Of a DNA stretch of 64,000 nucleotides, positions 1 to 9,618 are shown one piece after another. The stretch comes from Ferruginibacter sp. (GTDB lineage: Bacteria; Bacteroidota; Bacteroidia; Chitinophagales; Chitinophagaceae): the NCBI GenBank assembly GCA_025351645.1, contig JANXVN010000041.1:2524-66523 (forward strand). Direction: 5' to 3'. How positions within the stretch are numbered: position 1 is the stretch's first letter; each line of letters opens with the position of its first letter. Below the pieces are notes generated by a model that saw only the letters and a program-made list of their open reading frames with translations, had not been told where the DNA came from and ran no database searches. The position numbers and the translations under genes are program-made.

Positions 1-364
1 CACTTTTAAAACCGATGTTTACAACTGCATCTGTTTTAGTGATTGCTTCAATGGTAGCCTGAATCATTTCGCCATCGTTGATTTGTTTGAACGTGTTGTC
101 GTACACAACATCATACTTGGCTTTTTCTTCTTTGTTATAACTTGATACGTTGCGTTTATCTACGCTCCAATCAAAGTCATCATGAGCAGTAACAATCCTT
201 TCTGCCACAGGAGCTTTCGCTACCACAGGTTCTGAAGCCTCAGCTACCGGAGCAGCTGTTTCCTCAACAGGCACGTTTGTTACCGCAGCAGTTTCAGCAC
301 CATCGTTGGTAGCTGACACTTCCTGTGCATCTGCGTTTAGTTGTTTAATATTGTTAAATGACAT
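1..364 (-). CDS. rpsA: 30S ribosomal protein S1, N-terminal part (gene continues past window start)
   Basis: Not in the ORF track because it is partial. Reverse-strand ATG at 364-362. Translation MSFNNIKQLNADAQEVS...HDDFDWSVDKRNVSSYNKEEKAKYDVVYDNTFKQINDGEMIQATIEAITKTDAVVNIGFKS matches the Bacteroidota S1 N-terminus running into the first S1 domain. Confidence 0.75.
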   Translation of the reverse strand, partial: MSFNNIKQLNADAQEVSATNDGAETAAVTNVPVEETAAPVAEASEPVVAKAPVAERIVTAHDDFDWSVDKRNVSSYNKEEKAKYDVVYDNTFKQINDGEMIQATIEAITKTDAVVNIGFKS

Positions 365-551
365 AATATAATCCCCGGTTTTTTTAACGGGACTGCAAAG
401 GTAAGAAATTTGCTGAAAAGAATCAATAAAATGTCAACGCCTGACAGGGTTTCAAGGCTTTTTCATAGTAATATTTTCAGCTTTATGTAAGCTTGGCTGT
501 TTAAGGGCAATACTTTTTATTAAGAACTTTGTTGCAATTGGGATTTAATGT

Positions 552-818
552 AAAAAATATTTTTTCAAAAACAATGGATATTAAAGTTTTGCTAAAAACA
601 TGAATTTTATTAAAAGCTAAAAATATTTTTATTTTACAAAAAATGCTACAACTAATTATTAATCTTACTTCATAAGTTAAAGGTATCGGCTAACTATTTT
701 AAATAAAAAATATTTTTATAAGAAACTGTTCTTCATTTAGTATAAATGATTAAATATAATAAATTTAAAATATTTTTCGTAAATCTTATGCTAATAAAAT
801 TATATAAAAATATATTTT
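552..818. repeat. Five copies of the AT-only palindrome AAAAATATTTTT in the rpsA/OMP divergent intergenic region
   Basis: Read directly: 552-565 AAAAAATATTTTTT, 619-630 and 706-717 AAAAATATTTTT, 767-777 AAAATATTTTT, 806-818 AAAAATATATTTT. Confidence 0.6.
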
Positions 819-865
819 AACTTACTGTATTTCAATTATCTTCGTTTTGATTTAACAAATTGGCA

Positions 866-3331
866 ATGATACCAAAACTATTGCTAACTGTACTTATTAG
901 CATGAGTACCTTATGTAGTATTTACGCACAGCAAACAACCATCTCTGGACAAATTACCAACCAAAGCGGCAACCCACTTGCCGGAGCTACTATATATTTA
1001 AATGATGTTAAAGATAGTAGCATCGTAAAAATTGCCATTTCAAATACAAAAGGGTATTATGAAATTGGGCAAGTTAAAGCAGCGAAATATTTTATTAGCG
1101 CTAGTTTTAATGGATATGCTAAAAATTCAACCAACGCATTTGCTGTAACAGATGGTAAAATAACATATATACCATCTTTAATTTTACTAATAGCAGGTAA
1201 AAACATAGCGGAAGTAATAGTTACGGGCAGCAGGCAAAAGCCTATGATAGAAGTAATGGCTGGCAAAACAATCTTTAACGTAGAAAACAATATTAATGCC
1301 ACCGGGAGCAACGCCTTTGAACTGCTGCAAAAATCGCCAGGCGTAACTACAGATAAAGATGACAATATGAGTATGCAAGGAAAAACTGGCGTACGGTTAT
1401 ATATTGATGGCAGGATGATGCAAATGCAAGGGCAAGACTTAGCAAATTACCTAAAGTCTATCAACAGTGGTGATATTGAAGCTATTGAAATGATCAGCAA
1501 CCCATCTGCCCGGTACGATGCTGCTGGCAATGCAGGCATTATCAACATCAAATTAAAAAAAAATAATACCATTGGGTTAAGTGCTTCATTAACCGGTGGG
1601 TTAAATATTGGCAAGCACCTTAAAACGAACGAAGGAATAAGCCTTAATTATCGTAATAAAAACGTTAACCTTTTTAGTAATTACAGTTATGCCTGGAGCA
1701 GCAACGACAATACATTTGATATGTACCGTGTGCAGAACGATACCGTGTACGACCAAAAAAATAATCAAAATATAAAAGGCTCCGCACAAAACGTAAAAGC
1801 CGGAGGAGATTTTTTTATATCGAAAAAATCGACATTTGGATTTATTTATTCCGGCAACTTCACAAATAATACAACTTTCAGTTATTCAAGAACTCCGAGC
1901 AGCGCAATAAATACAGGCAATATCAACAGGATATTATATGCTACCAACACCATACCAGCCAAAGTAAAAAACCAAAATATAAATGTAAATTATCGTTATG
2001 CAGATACGGCGGGCCACGAATTAAATATCGACATCGACCACGGGTTTTACGAAAGCCGCAAGACAAGTTACCAGCCAAACAACTATTTTACACCGGAACC
2101 GGAAACGTTCATCTACGAAAAAAATTACCGAAATAACACTCCCATCAACATTGCTATCAACACACAAAAAATAGATTATGTTACGCCACTTAAAAATGGC
2201 AAGTTAAGTATGGGGGCTAAACTAAGCCACGTTAAAACAGACAATACTTTTATTTTGTACAATGTAATTGGCGGGCAAGATATTGTAGACCTTAAAAGCA
2301 GCAATATTTTTTTATACAAAGAAAATATTAATGCAGGCTATGTAAGTTACTTTACGCCTTTATGCAAAAAGCTAACTATGCAAGCCGGGCTGCGGGTAGA
2401 ACACACTGTGACCAATAGCAAATTAACAAGGCTTTACCAAACAATGCGCACACCAGGAGAAGATACCATACGCCGCAACTATACCGGTTTTTTTCCAAGC
2501 CTTGCCTTTACCTTTGCAATGGATGCCAGCAATAATTTCGACCTAAGTTACAGCCGCCGTATAGATAGGCCAAATTATATTGACCTTAACCCTTTTGAGA
2601 TAAGGGTTGATGAACTGGATTTTATAAAAGGCAACCCTTATCTGCGCCCGCAATACACAAACTCAATACAATTAACCCACACGTTTAGAAATAAATATAT
2701 CACCTCGGCAAACTACAGCCACATCAGCGATTTTAACACTTTTATAATTGATACGGCAAAAATTAATCAAAATTATGTGAGCAAAAAAAACGTAGGCAAC
2801 GAGGATATTGCAAGCATCAATTTTTCTATGGTTATAGATGTTACTAAATGGTGGAATGTGTACAGCAACGTGCTTATTTATAATAGTCGCTACCAGGCCA
2901 ACACTAGCACTAAGAAGGATATTAATATTAACATCACCTCTTTTAATATTAATGCAGATAATTCTTTAAGGCTAGGTCATGGTTTTACCGCACAGCTTAG
3001 TGCTTACTACGGTAGCCCGTTTATATCGCTCGGCACTTTTAAAAGTAAGGCTCAGGGGTTTATAGACATTGGCCTGCAAAAAAAAATATGGCGTGATGAC
3101 GCAATTATAAAAATAACCTGTACGGATGTATTGCATACCCTTAAATGGCAAGGCGAAAGTAAGTACGATGGCACACACATAATTGCCAGCAGCACTTGGG
3201 AAACCAGGCAATTGCGATTAAATTTTAGTTACCGTTTTGGCCGTACACAAGTAAAACAATCCCGACAGCGCAGTACGGGCAACGAAGATGAGAGCCAACG
3301 CACATCGGGCGGTAGCGGGTTGGGCAATTAA
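866..3331 (+). CDS. Outer-membrane beta-barrel receptor (TonB-dependent-receptor-like) with N-terminal carboxypeptidase-regulatory-like domain
   Basis: ORF track 860..3331 starts at TTG; the first ATG (866) gives signal peptide MIPKLLLTVLISMSTLCSIYAQ. ISGQITNQSGNPLAGATIYLND is CarboxypepD_reg-like. GNAGIINIKLKK plus a long Asn/Tyr/Gly-rich strand pattern ending ...LNFSYRFG is typical of Bacteroidota OM beta-barrel family proteins. Confidence 0.8.
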   Translation: MIPKLLLTVLISMSTLCSIYAQQTTISGQITNQSGNPLAGATIYLNDVKDSSIVKIAISNTKGYYEIGQVKAAKYFISASFNGYAKNSTNAFAVTDGKITYIPSLILLIAGKNIAEVIVTGSRQKPMIEVMAGKTIFNVENNINATGSNAFELLQKSPGVTTDKDDNMSMQGKTGVRLYIDGRMMQMQGQDLANYLKSINSGDIEAIEMISNPSARYDAAGNAGIINIKLKKNNTIGLSASLTGGLNIGKHLKTNEGISLNYRNKNVNLFSNYSYAWSSNDNTFDMYRVQNDTVYDQKNNQNIKGSAQNVKAGGDFFISKKSTFGFIYSGNFTNNTTFSYSRTPSSAINTGNINRILYATNTIPAKVKNQNINVNYRYADTAGHELNIDIDHGFYESRKTSYQPNNYFTPEPETFIYEKNYRNNTPINIAINTQKIDYVTPLKNGKLSMGAKLSHVKTDNTFILYNVIGGQDIVDLKSSNIFLYKENINAGYVSYFTPLCKKLTMQAGLRVEHTVTNSKLTRLYQTMRTPGEDTIRRNYTGFFPSLAFTFAMDASNNFDLSYSRRIDRPNYIDLNPFEIRVDELDFIKGNPYLRPQYTNSIQLTHTFRNKYITSANYSHISDFNTFIIDTAKINQNYVSKKNVGNEDIASINFSMVIDVTKWWNVYSNVLIYNSRYQANTSTKKDININITSFNINADNSLRLGHGFTAQLSAYYGSPFISLGTFKSKAQGFIDIGLQKKIWRDDAIIKITCTDVLHTLKWQGESKYDGTHIIASSTWETRQLRLNFSYRFGRTQVKQSRQRSTGNEDESQRTSGGSGLGN

Positions 3332-3403
3332 TCTTTACAATTGATTGCTACCAAGAAATACAAGCTTCTCGTTTAAAAAGATTTTTTAGTTTTTTAACGG
3401 TCA

Positions 3404-3562
3404 TTTTTGTTGACCCAGCCAATTCAGCAGCCCTAGCCTCCCTGCCCTCCAAAGGGGGTTACTGACTCTGCTAATTGTAAAAGACTTATAAATTCGAATA
3501 CGCTAGAACCCTCCTTTGGAGGGCAGGAGGCTGCACTCTTTTACGTTTGTTCTTTTTGGTAC
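3404..3562 (+). repeat. Family A intergenic element (copy A1): 5' module, inverted pair of the 27-nt hairpin unit, 3' module
   Basis: Arms AGCCTCCCTGCCCTCCAAAGGGGGTT (3435-3460) and AACCCTCCTTTGGAGGGCAGGAGGCTG (3507-3533) are reverse complements. Flanks are TTTTTGTTGACCCAGCCAATTCAGCAGCC and GCACTCTTTTACGTTTGTTCTTTTTGGTAC, shared with the other copies. Confidence 0.85.
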
Positions 3563-3624
3563 TCCTCCTCAATATAAGGCGTTTCATTTACCGCAATAAC
3601 CTGCCCGTGTTATTTAGCAGGCTA

Positions 3625-4290
3625 TTATAACGCTATGCCCTTCTTCTTAAAAAGTACTGCTGAAACAATAAAAAATATCGCAACTTCCCCCACAATAATC
3701 ACCAGGTAATAAAGCGAACTAAAACTATAACTGCCAGTTAGCCAAAAATAACAAATAGCAGCCACTGCGCTAATGGTACTTATTAATGCAATGCCCCATT
3801 TTACGCCTTCCATTCTCAGGTAGCCTTTGTGCACAGAGGGCGTGGAGGCTACAACTGCTGGCTTAATCTTATTTAGCAGGTAAATATTTTCAACAATATC
3901 GCATAGCCATGCAACCAACTGTAAAAAGGCAAGCATCATAAATACATTGGTACCCCAACTAAAGCTAATTTTATGCGCCAGCTGCATGCACAATAGTAAA
4001 ATAGAGCCGTAAGCAAACGGCATAAAAATAAAGTCTGTATAAAGCTGCCCCTTTAAAGCTTTTACAGTATTTATTAAAGTTGCAGGCGGTAAATCATAAA
4101 AACCTTTTATCAGGTTCACCAATTCCATTTGGGTAGCGGGCATTTCAAGTTCCATAATACTGAATTTACGCAGCACCACATCCTGCGTATAAAAACGGGT
4201 GCTTTGCCATTTCATGATAAGGGTTAAAAAAAGCATGCCGCCAAATGCTACACAAAATAAGGGCCAGCTGCTAACAAAGTGGATAGGCAT
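3625..4290 (-). CDS. Polytopic membrane protein of unknown function (about 6 hydrophobic helices)
   Basis: 221-aa ORF. Its ATG at 4290 lies 2 nt after the stop of the upstream patatin gene, implying an operon. No motif I recognise. Confidence 0.55.
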   Translation of the reverse strand: MPIHFVSSWPLFCVAFGGMLFLTLIMKWQSTRFYTQDVVLRKFSIMELEMPATQMELVNLIKGFYDLPPATLINTVKALKGQLYTDFIFMPFAYGSILLLCMQLAHKISFSWGTNVFMMLAFLQLVAWLCDIVENIYLLNKIKPAVVASTPSVHKGYLRMEGVKWGIALISTISAVAAICYFWLTGSYSFSSLYYLVIIVGEVAIFFIVSAVLFKKKGIAL

Positions 4291-4292
4291 AA

Positions 4293-5804
4293 TTATACAT
4301 TTACAGTTGATGGATTTATAATAGTGTTGGCTGTAACATTTTTTGGCAGCTCTTGCATTAATTTTTCGCTCATTGTACTACGGCTTTCTTTATATGCTTC
4401 CCAGTCAAAGCTTATTAAAAAATCTTTTGCGGCTTGCGCACCTTTAACAAACATATTTATTTTATCCTGCGGCGTTAAAAAAAAGTTAAGCCAGTTATAT
4501 TCAGATAAATGGATAGTACCGATACCTTTTTTATATACCTTATTTTTCAATAAAAAATCTTTGTCATAATAATCCCTGATGGTATTGAACATCCTGCTAA
4601 AATAACCAAGCGGGCTCCAGTTTTCTGCATGGTTTGCTTTATCGCTAACAGCGCTATCATCTAAATCTATACCTAAAGACGGAAGCCTTGGCGTTAATAC
4701 TTTAGGGTTATAAAACAAGTTGATAGGAAAGTTGGAGAGTATGCCGCCATCAACAAAACGTGCGGTAGACGGTGCTTCTTCTTCACCAAAAGTATCGGCC
4801 CATTTTTGCTTTATGCCTTCATCTGTGCAAGGTATACCGCTAATAAAATAAGATTCAAAAAAAATAGGGATAGACATAGAAGCCCTTATAAAACCAGCAG
4901 GCTGCAGCTCATCAATATCTTTTCTAAAAAGGTACCACATTTCCGGAAATTGTATTTTATTTTGTGTTACCAGTTCAGAAGTTATGAAGGTTACATCGCC
5001 CTCCAGCCCATTTAATCCTTCTGGGTTTGCCACCCTTAAATGCATGCCGGCTACAGGTGCGCTTGCTTTATTATTTAGGTCGGTTATGTTTTTTACGCCA
5101 TTGTCAAGTAGCTGCCCTTTTATCCAGTCGTAAAAATAATCGCCTGGGTTTATGCCGTAACCAGAATTTTTAAGGCGTTGCATTAAAGCAGCCGTGTAAT
5201 AAAATAGTATAAACAGCAGCAATAAATAAATACCCGTCAGCATAAAAAAGGTCTTTGTTAAAAAAGATACTGACGGTACTTTATATTGCAGCCCTAGAAA
5301 AACAAAATCGCCGGTAGCCAAACCCAATAGGATAATAACAATGCCCAGCACCCACTTTTTTAGTTTCGCCACAAAGTTTTCGTGCGTAATAAATTTTTTA
5401 ATTATCCATTTTGCAACTGGGTGGCCATCTACTAATTTAAAAAATTCAAGCTTGCAAATAGCATCTAATACGCCGGTAGATTTAGGTTCATCTTTATTGC
5501 CTATTACCGTTATTAAAGCGGTATTTATAGCACCTGCGCTAGTGCCTGCAAGCCTTACAAAGCGCACCCCCATCTGCTCTAATATGTATGTATAGCCAAC
5601 AAGCGCTATGCCCAATACGCCGCCACCTTTTTGCACCAGGTTTACGTATTGGTTATTATTAGCGTCTAAAACATCGCTTATAATAAACGGCTTGCCGCCA
5701 GGCGGAAATGCAGCTTTTACGTCGCTGAGCGCTTGTTGTACCGCAGTGTTAGTAATAAAATCATTTACGGTTAGGGTAGGGGGCAATGTTTTTTTGTTTG
5801 GCAT
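4293..5804 (-). CDS. Patatin-like phospholipase with two inserted transmembrane helices
   Basis: GGGVLGIALVGY (Gly-rich oxyanion loop), GTSAG (G-x-S-x-G nucleophile), DGGILSNFP (catalytic Asp). Hydrophobic segments WVLGIVIILLGLATGDFVFLGL and FFMLTGIYLLLLFILFYYTAAL lie between the Ser and Asp motifs. ORF track start 5810 is TTG; ATG at 5804. Confidence 0.85.
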   Translation of the reverse strand: MPNKKTLPPTLTVNDFITNTAVQQALSDVKAAFPPGGKPFIISDVLDANNNQYVNLVQKGGGVLGIALVGYTYILEQMGVRFVRLAGTSAGAINTALITVIGNKDEPKSTGVLDAICKLEFFKLVDGHPVAKWIIKKFITHENFVAKLKKWVLGIVIILLGLATGDFVFLGLQYKVPSVSFLTKTFFMLTGIYLLLLFILFYYTAALMQRLKNSGYGINPGDYFYDWIKGQLLDNGVKNITDLNNKASAPVAGMHLRVANPEGLNGLEGDVTFITSELVTQNKIQFPEMWYLFRKDIDELQPAGFIRASMSIPIFFESYFISGIPCTDEGIKQKWADTFGEEEAPSTARFVDGGILSNFPINLFYNPKVLTPRLPSLGIDLDDSAVSDKANHAENWSPLGYFSRMFNTIRDYYDKDFLLKNKVYKKGIGTIHLSEYNWLNFFLTPQDKINMFVKGAQAAKDFLISFDWEAYKESRSTMSEKLMQELPKNVTANTIINPSTVNV

Positions 5805-6554
5805 ATCCAATAATTTGTCTGTTAAGCTTTATTGCCGTTAAATAAGCCTTTTCTTGCTTGGAGAAAAAAAGGGGGCGGTATAGAAAAACATGTAAATCTT
5901 TCACTAACCCGCATTGTGTTATATTTTTTTATACCTGTAGTTATAGTTATTTATTGCTATTGCTTTTATAAAATAATTAAAATAATTGTTTAAAGGCTGG
6001 TAAGCAGGCGCTAGTTATTTAATTTGCCTTTTTTACCAGCATCATGCCGTAGATTTTTATTTTAATTGTATCTCTGTTGCCTGTAACCACGCATATAAAA
6101 TTTCAAAAGCCCCTGTTTTCATTTGCAGTAACCATTTTTATTTTAGGGAACGTTGACGCAATACCAAACGCAGCATGGCGTATATTTTTTAAAATGCGGT
6201 AAGCTGTTTCTTTACAATTAGCCTGATTAGCCTCGTCCCTTTTATTGCCCCTTCATTTGCAAAGAAATACTACAATACTAAAACACTAATGGATATATGG
6301 TGGAAGGCATGATGGGCTTGCTTGTCATAAAAACACACGCTGCGGCAAGCTTCAATTTCATTACTAGCCACATCATATAAATTCCAGAGATGGATTTTAA
6401 AAATCAAATCTAAAAATATTATTTGGCAAAAGCAATAACTATTTACAGGTATTTAGTAACTGGCAGTAATGTTTATTAAAATAAAAATTAACACAAGCGT
6501 AATACTAGCCAGCCTTATTAAAGGTCAATTTTACAGTTCAATCAATTATTTATT

Positions 6555-7907
6555 TTGAGTAGTCCCCAAATTATTACTGCAAAAGATTTTGGAAAAAACT
6601 TTAACTGGGGCGTAGTGATAGCGGCCGCACAAAACGAAGGTGCCGTAAATATTGATGGCAAAGGACCAACCATCTGGGATAACTTTTCTGCCAACAGCAA
6701 CAAAATAAAAGGCGGTGCTAAACTAACCATCGCCTGCGATTTTTATCATCGCTACAAAGATGACTTGTTATTGGTAAAAGCATTAGGGTTTTCTGTTTTT
6801 CGTTTTTCTATATCATGGGCAAGGCTATTGCCGGATGGCGTTGGCAAGGTAAACAAGGAAGGCATCCTTTTTTATCACCGGGTAATTGACGAGTGCATAA
6901 AGCTCGGCCTTACGCCCTATGTAACCCTTTACCACTGGGACTTGCCGCAGGAGCTGGAAAACAAAGGCGGCTGGACGAATTACTTTATCAACAAATGGTT
7001 TAGCCGTTTTGTAACAGTATGTGCAGAAGCTTATGGCGATAAAGTAAAACACTGGATAATTTTAAACGAGCCCTTTGCATTTACAACTTTAGGATATATG
7101 CTAGGCAAGCATGCTCCGGGCAAACGAGGGTTAAGCAACTTTTTGCCTGCTATACACCATGCCGCATTGGCGCAGGCAGAAGGTGGGCGGATTATACGCA
7201 GGCTTGTTCCGCAGGCACATATAGGCACTGCTTTTTCTTGTTCGCAAATAATCCCTTTTTCTGATAAAAAGGAAGATGTGGCCGCCGCTAACCGCATGGA
7301 TATTTTGATGAACCGCTTATTTATTGAACCGGCATTAGGCAAAGGTTACCCGGTAGATGATTCTTTTAAGTTTTTAGACAAACTACAAATGCACAACAAA
7401 ACCTGGAAGTATACAGAACGGCTGCATTTTGATTTCGATTTTATAGGGCTGCAATATTATTTTCCGGTAGTAGTAAGGCACAATAGTTATATCCCGATAA
7501 TACAAGCATCCGAAGTAAAAGCAGCAACTAGAAAAGTACCCTTCACGGCCATGGGGTGGGAAGTAAATGCGGAAAGTTTTTATAAGACTATCAAAAAATT
7601 ATGGCTGCACGGCGGCGTTAAAGAAATCATTATTTCAGAAAATGGCTCGGCCTTTAAAGATGAATTGAAAAATGGCGTAATTGACGATGCTGAAAGGATC
7701 GATTACTTTCAGCAACACCTGCATGCTGTATTAAGGGCTAAAAAAGAAGGGGTAAATATAAAAGGTTATTTTGCCTGGACGCTTATGGATAATTTTGAAT
7801 GGAGCGAAGGTTACCATCCCAAATTTGGGTTGGTGCATGTTGACCAAAAAACTCAATTGCGTACTATAAAAAATTCTGGCTATTGGTGGCGGGATTTTCT
7901 AGGGTAA
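6555..7907 (+). CDS. GH1 family beta-glucosidase
   Basis: TLYHWDLPQ, ILNEP (acid/base Glu), ISENG (nucleophile Glu), FAWTLMDNFEW. TTG start. Confidence 0.9.
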   Translation: MSSPQIITAKDFGKNFNWGVVIAAAQNEGAVNIDGKGPTIWDNFSANSNKIKGGAKLTIACDFYHRYKDDLLLVKALGFSVFRFSISWARLLPDGVGKVNKEGILFYHRVIDECIKLGLTPYVTLYHWDLPQELENKGGWTNYFINKWFSRFVTVCAEAYGDKVKHWIILNEPFAFTTLGYMLGKHAPGKRGLSNFLPAIHHAALAQAEGGRIIRRLVPQAHIGTAFSCSQIIPFSDKKEDVAAANRMDILMNRLFIEPALGKGYPVDDSFKFLDKLQMHNKTWKYTERLHFDFDFIGLQYYFPVVVRHNSYIPIIQASEVKAATRKVPFTAMGWEVNAESFYKTIKKLWLHGGVKEIIISENGSAFKDELKNGVIDDAERIDYFQQHLHAVLRAKKEGVNIKGYFAWTLMDNFEWSEGYHPKFGLVHVDQKTQLRTIKNSGYWWRDFLG

Positions 7908-7954
7908 AAAAAAGCCTTACAAACAATCTTCTTAATAAATTTGTTATTGGCTTT

Positions 7955-8575
7955 ATGCAAACAATACTGATTGATGGAGCAAACTATAATTTAGAAAGCC
8001 TGGAGGCTGCATCGTGGCAACGTTTATTAAAGGGTTCGTCAAGTTATAAAGATGCGCTGCATAACCCCGCAGTGGCTAATGTAAATGCCCATGGCGTAAA
8101 CCTGCGTACGGTAGTGTTGCGTAAAGTATGGGCAGATAAAAAGCAACTAGCTTTTAACACCGATATACGCAGCGGCAAATGGAACGACCTGCAACAACAA
8201 AACAATGTAAGCTGGCTTTTTTATGATGCAGAGAATAAGCTGCAAATAAGGCTTGCCGGTATAGCAACATTGCACCAGCAAGATGCTATTGCAGATGAAG
8301 CCTGGCAAGAAACCTCTATGAGTAGCAGAAAAATTTACATGGGGTATGTAGGGCCATCTTCACCAACACCAGTGCCTGTAAGTGGTTTGCCTGCTGCATT
8401 TGAAGCCAATGACCCTTCGCAGGAAGAAAGCGAAGCAGGCCGAAAAAATTTCGGAATGGTTGTAACTTCTATTAATTGGATGGAGTGGCTTTGGCTAAAC
8501 AGCAAAGGGCATAGAAGGGCTGGTTTTACTTATAATCTAGATGGGAGTTTTGTTGCAGAGTGGCTAGTGCCGTAA
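7955..8575 (+). CDS. Pyridoxamine 5'-phosphate oxidase-like FMN-binding family protein
   Basis: ORF track 7883..8575 overlaps the bgl stop, so I prefer the ATG at 7955 (MQTILIDG...). LRTVVLRKV...FNTDIRSGK...LFYDAENKLQIRLAG resembles the PNPOx split-barrel family. Confidence 0.55.
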   Translation: MQTILIDGANYNLESLEAASWQRLLKGSSSYKDALHNPAVANVNAHGVNLRTVVLRKVWADKKQLAFNTDIRSGKWNDLQQQNNVSWLFYDAENKLQIRLAGIATLHQQDAIADEAWQETSMSSRKIYMGYVGPSSPTPVPVSGLPAAFEANDPSQEESEAGRKNFGMVVTSINWMEWLWLNSKGHRRAGFTYNLDGSFVAEWLVP

Positions 8576-8622
8576 AGCAATTCTTTAATGTTGTTGAAAA
8601 AATGCTTCTTCCACAAAATAAA

Positions 8623-8650
8623 ATATCCGCTACAAAGCTGCAGCGGATAT
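8623..8650. terminator. Hairpin between convergent genes (9-bp perfect stem ATATCCGCT/AGCGGATAT, 10-nt loop)
   Basis: Read directly. A T-rich tract follows on the minus strand, downstream of the CvfB-like gene. Confidence 0.5.
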
Positions 8651-8674
8651 AAATATATTATTATTAGTCTTAAA

Positions 8675-9529
8675 TTATTCTTCCAACAATTTTATACCTG
8701 TCTTTTCAAAAGCTATCTTTCTTTCTTTATATAAATTGCCAGTTGTCATCTTAAAGGTTTTTTTGCTCATGCCAAAAAAATCGTAAATATCTTCTGGCTT
8801 GCTTTTATCGTTGTAAGGCAGGTAGCCATTATTTTCGCTTAATAAACGCAATACTTTTCCAGCTTCGTCTTCAACCCTATTGTAACCTGGTTTTCCGGCA
8901 GCTACATCTATCTTAAAGCGGTCTGCATTTTCATTGCTTACAGGATATATTTTTTTAATGAATCCTTTAAATTTATCTCCTACGCCAATGTTGCGGTAAA
9001 TTTCGTTTGAGTGCAGTACGCCTGTGTGCTGGTTATTGATGATGCATACATAGCCAATATCCGTACGGCGATAAACAATCAGGTCTACCACTTCCAGCTC
9101 TTTTACAGTCAGTTCTTCATTGCTTAAAAATGGTTCTAGCTTTTCAGTGGCGGCAATCCGTCCTGTTTGTTCATCTAAATAAATTTTTACAAGGTAATCG
9201 CCATTCACCCGCATTTCAAATATCTGCTTTGTCTTGGGCACAAAAATATCTTTCATTAAGCCCATATCTAAAAACGCACCGTGCTGGGTAATAGTCACTG
9301 CACGCATTTTTACAATATCGCCCAGTACGCCTTTTGGATGCTGGGTAGTCGCAATAAGCCTGTCCTCGCCATCGTGGTATAAAAAAACATTTAATTCATC
9401 ACCAATGGCCGTTGCGGTTGGCACAAACCTTTTTGGCAATAAAATACCGTCTGCGCCATCATCCAGGTACACGCCAAAATCTACTTCTCGTATTACTTTA
9501 AGGAGATTATATTTTCCAACTTCTACCAT
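8675..9529 (-). CDS. S1-like RNA-binding protein, CvfB/YitL family
   Basis: 284 aa. N-terminus MVEVGKYNLLKVIREVDFGVYLD, repeated S1-like modules and a C-terminal winged-helix-like tail, as in CvfB/YitL. Confidence 0.75.
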   Translation of the reverse strand: MVEVGKYNLLKVIREVDFGVYLDDGADGILLPKRFVPTATAIGDELNVFLYHDGEDRLIATTQHPKGVLGDIVKMRAVTITQHGAFLDMGLMKDIFVPKTKQIFEMRVNGDYLVKIYLDEQTGRIAATEKLEPFLSNEELTVKELEVVDLIVYRRTDIGYVCIINNQHTGVLHSNEIYRNIGVGDKFKGFIKKIYPVSNENADRFKIDVAAGKPGYNRVEDEAGKVLRLLSENNGYLPYNDKSKPEDIYDFFGMSKKTFKMTTGNLYKERKIAFEKTGIKLLEE

Positions 9530-9618
9530 AATATATTTTATGAGCTATGCTTGCTTATTTTCGCTAAAAATTATAGCAAGCTTCTATTATTTAAAAACTA
9601 AATTGTTTAAAAAGATAA

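Noticed and set aside
1555-3086. Poly-A tracts (A9 at 1555-1563 and 3078-3086, A8 near 2785) in the outer-membrane receptor gene as phase-variation switches
   Set aside because: They encode Lys/Asn runs typical of an AT-rich genome, the frame is intact, and similar runs occur in housekeeping genes. There is no evidence of slippage.
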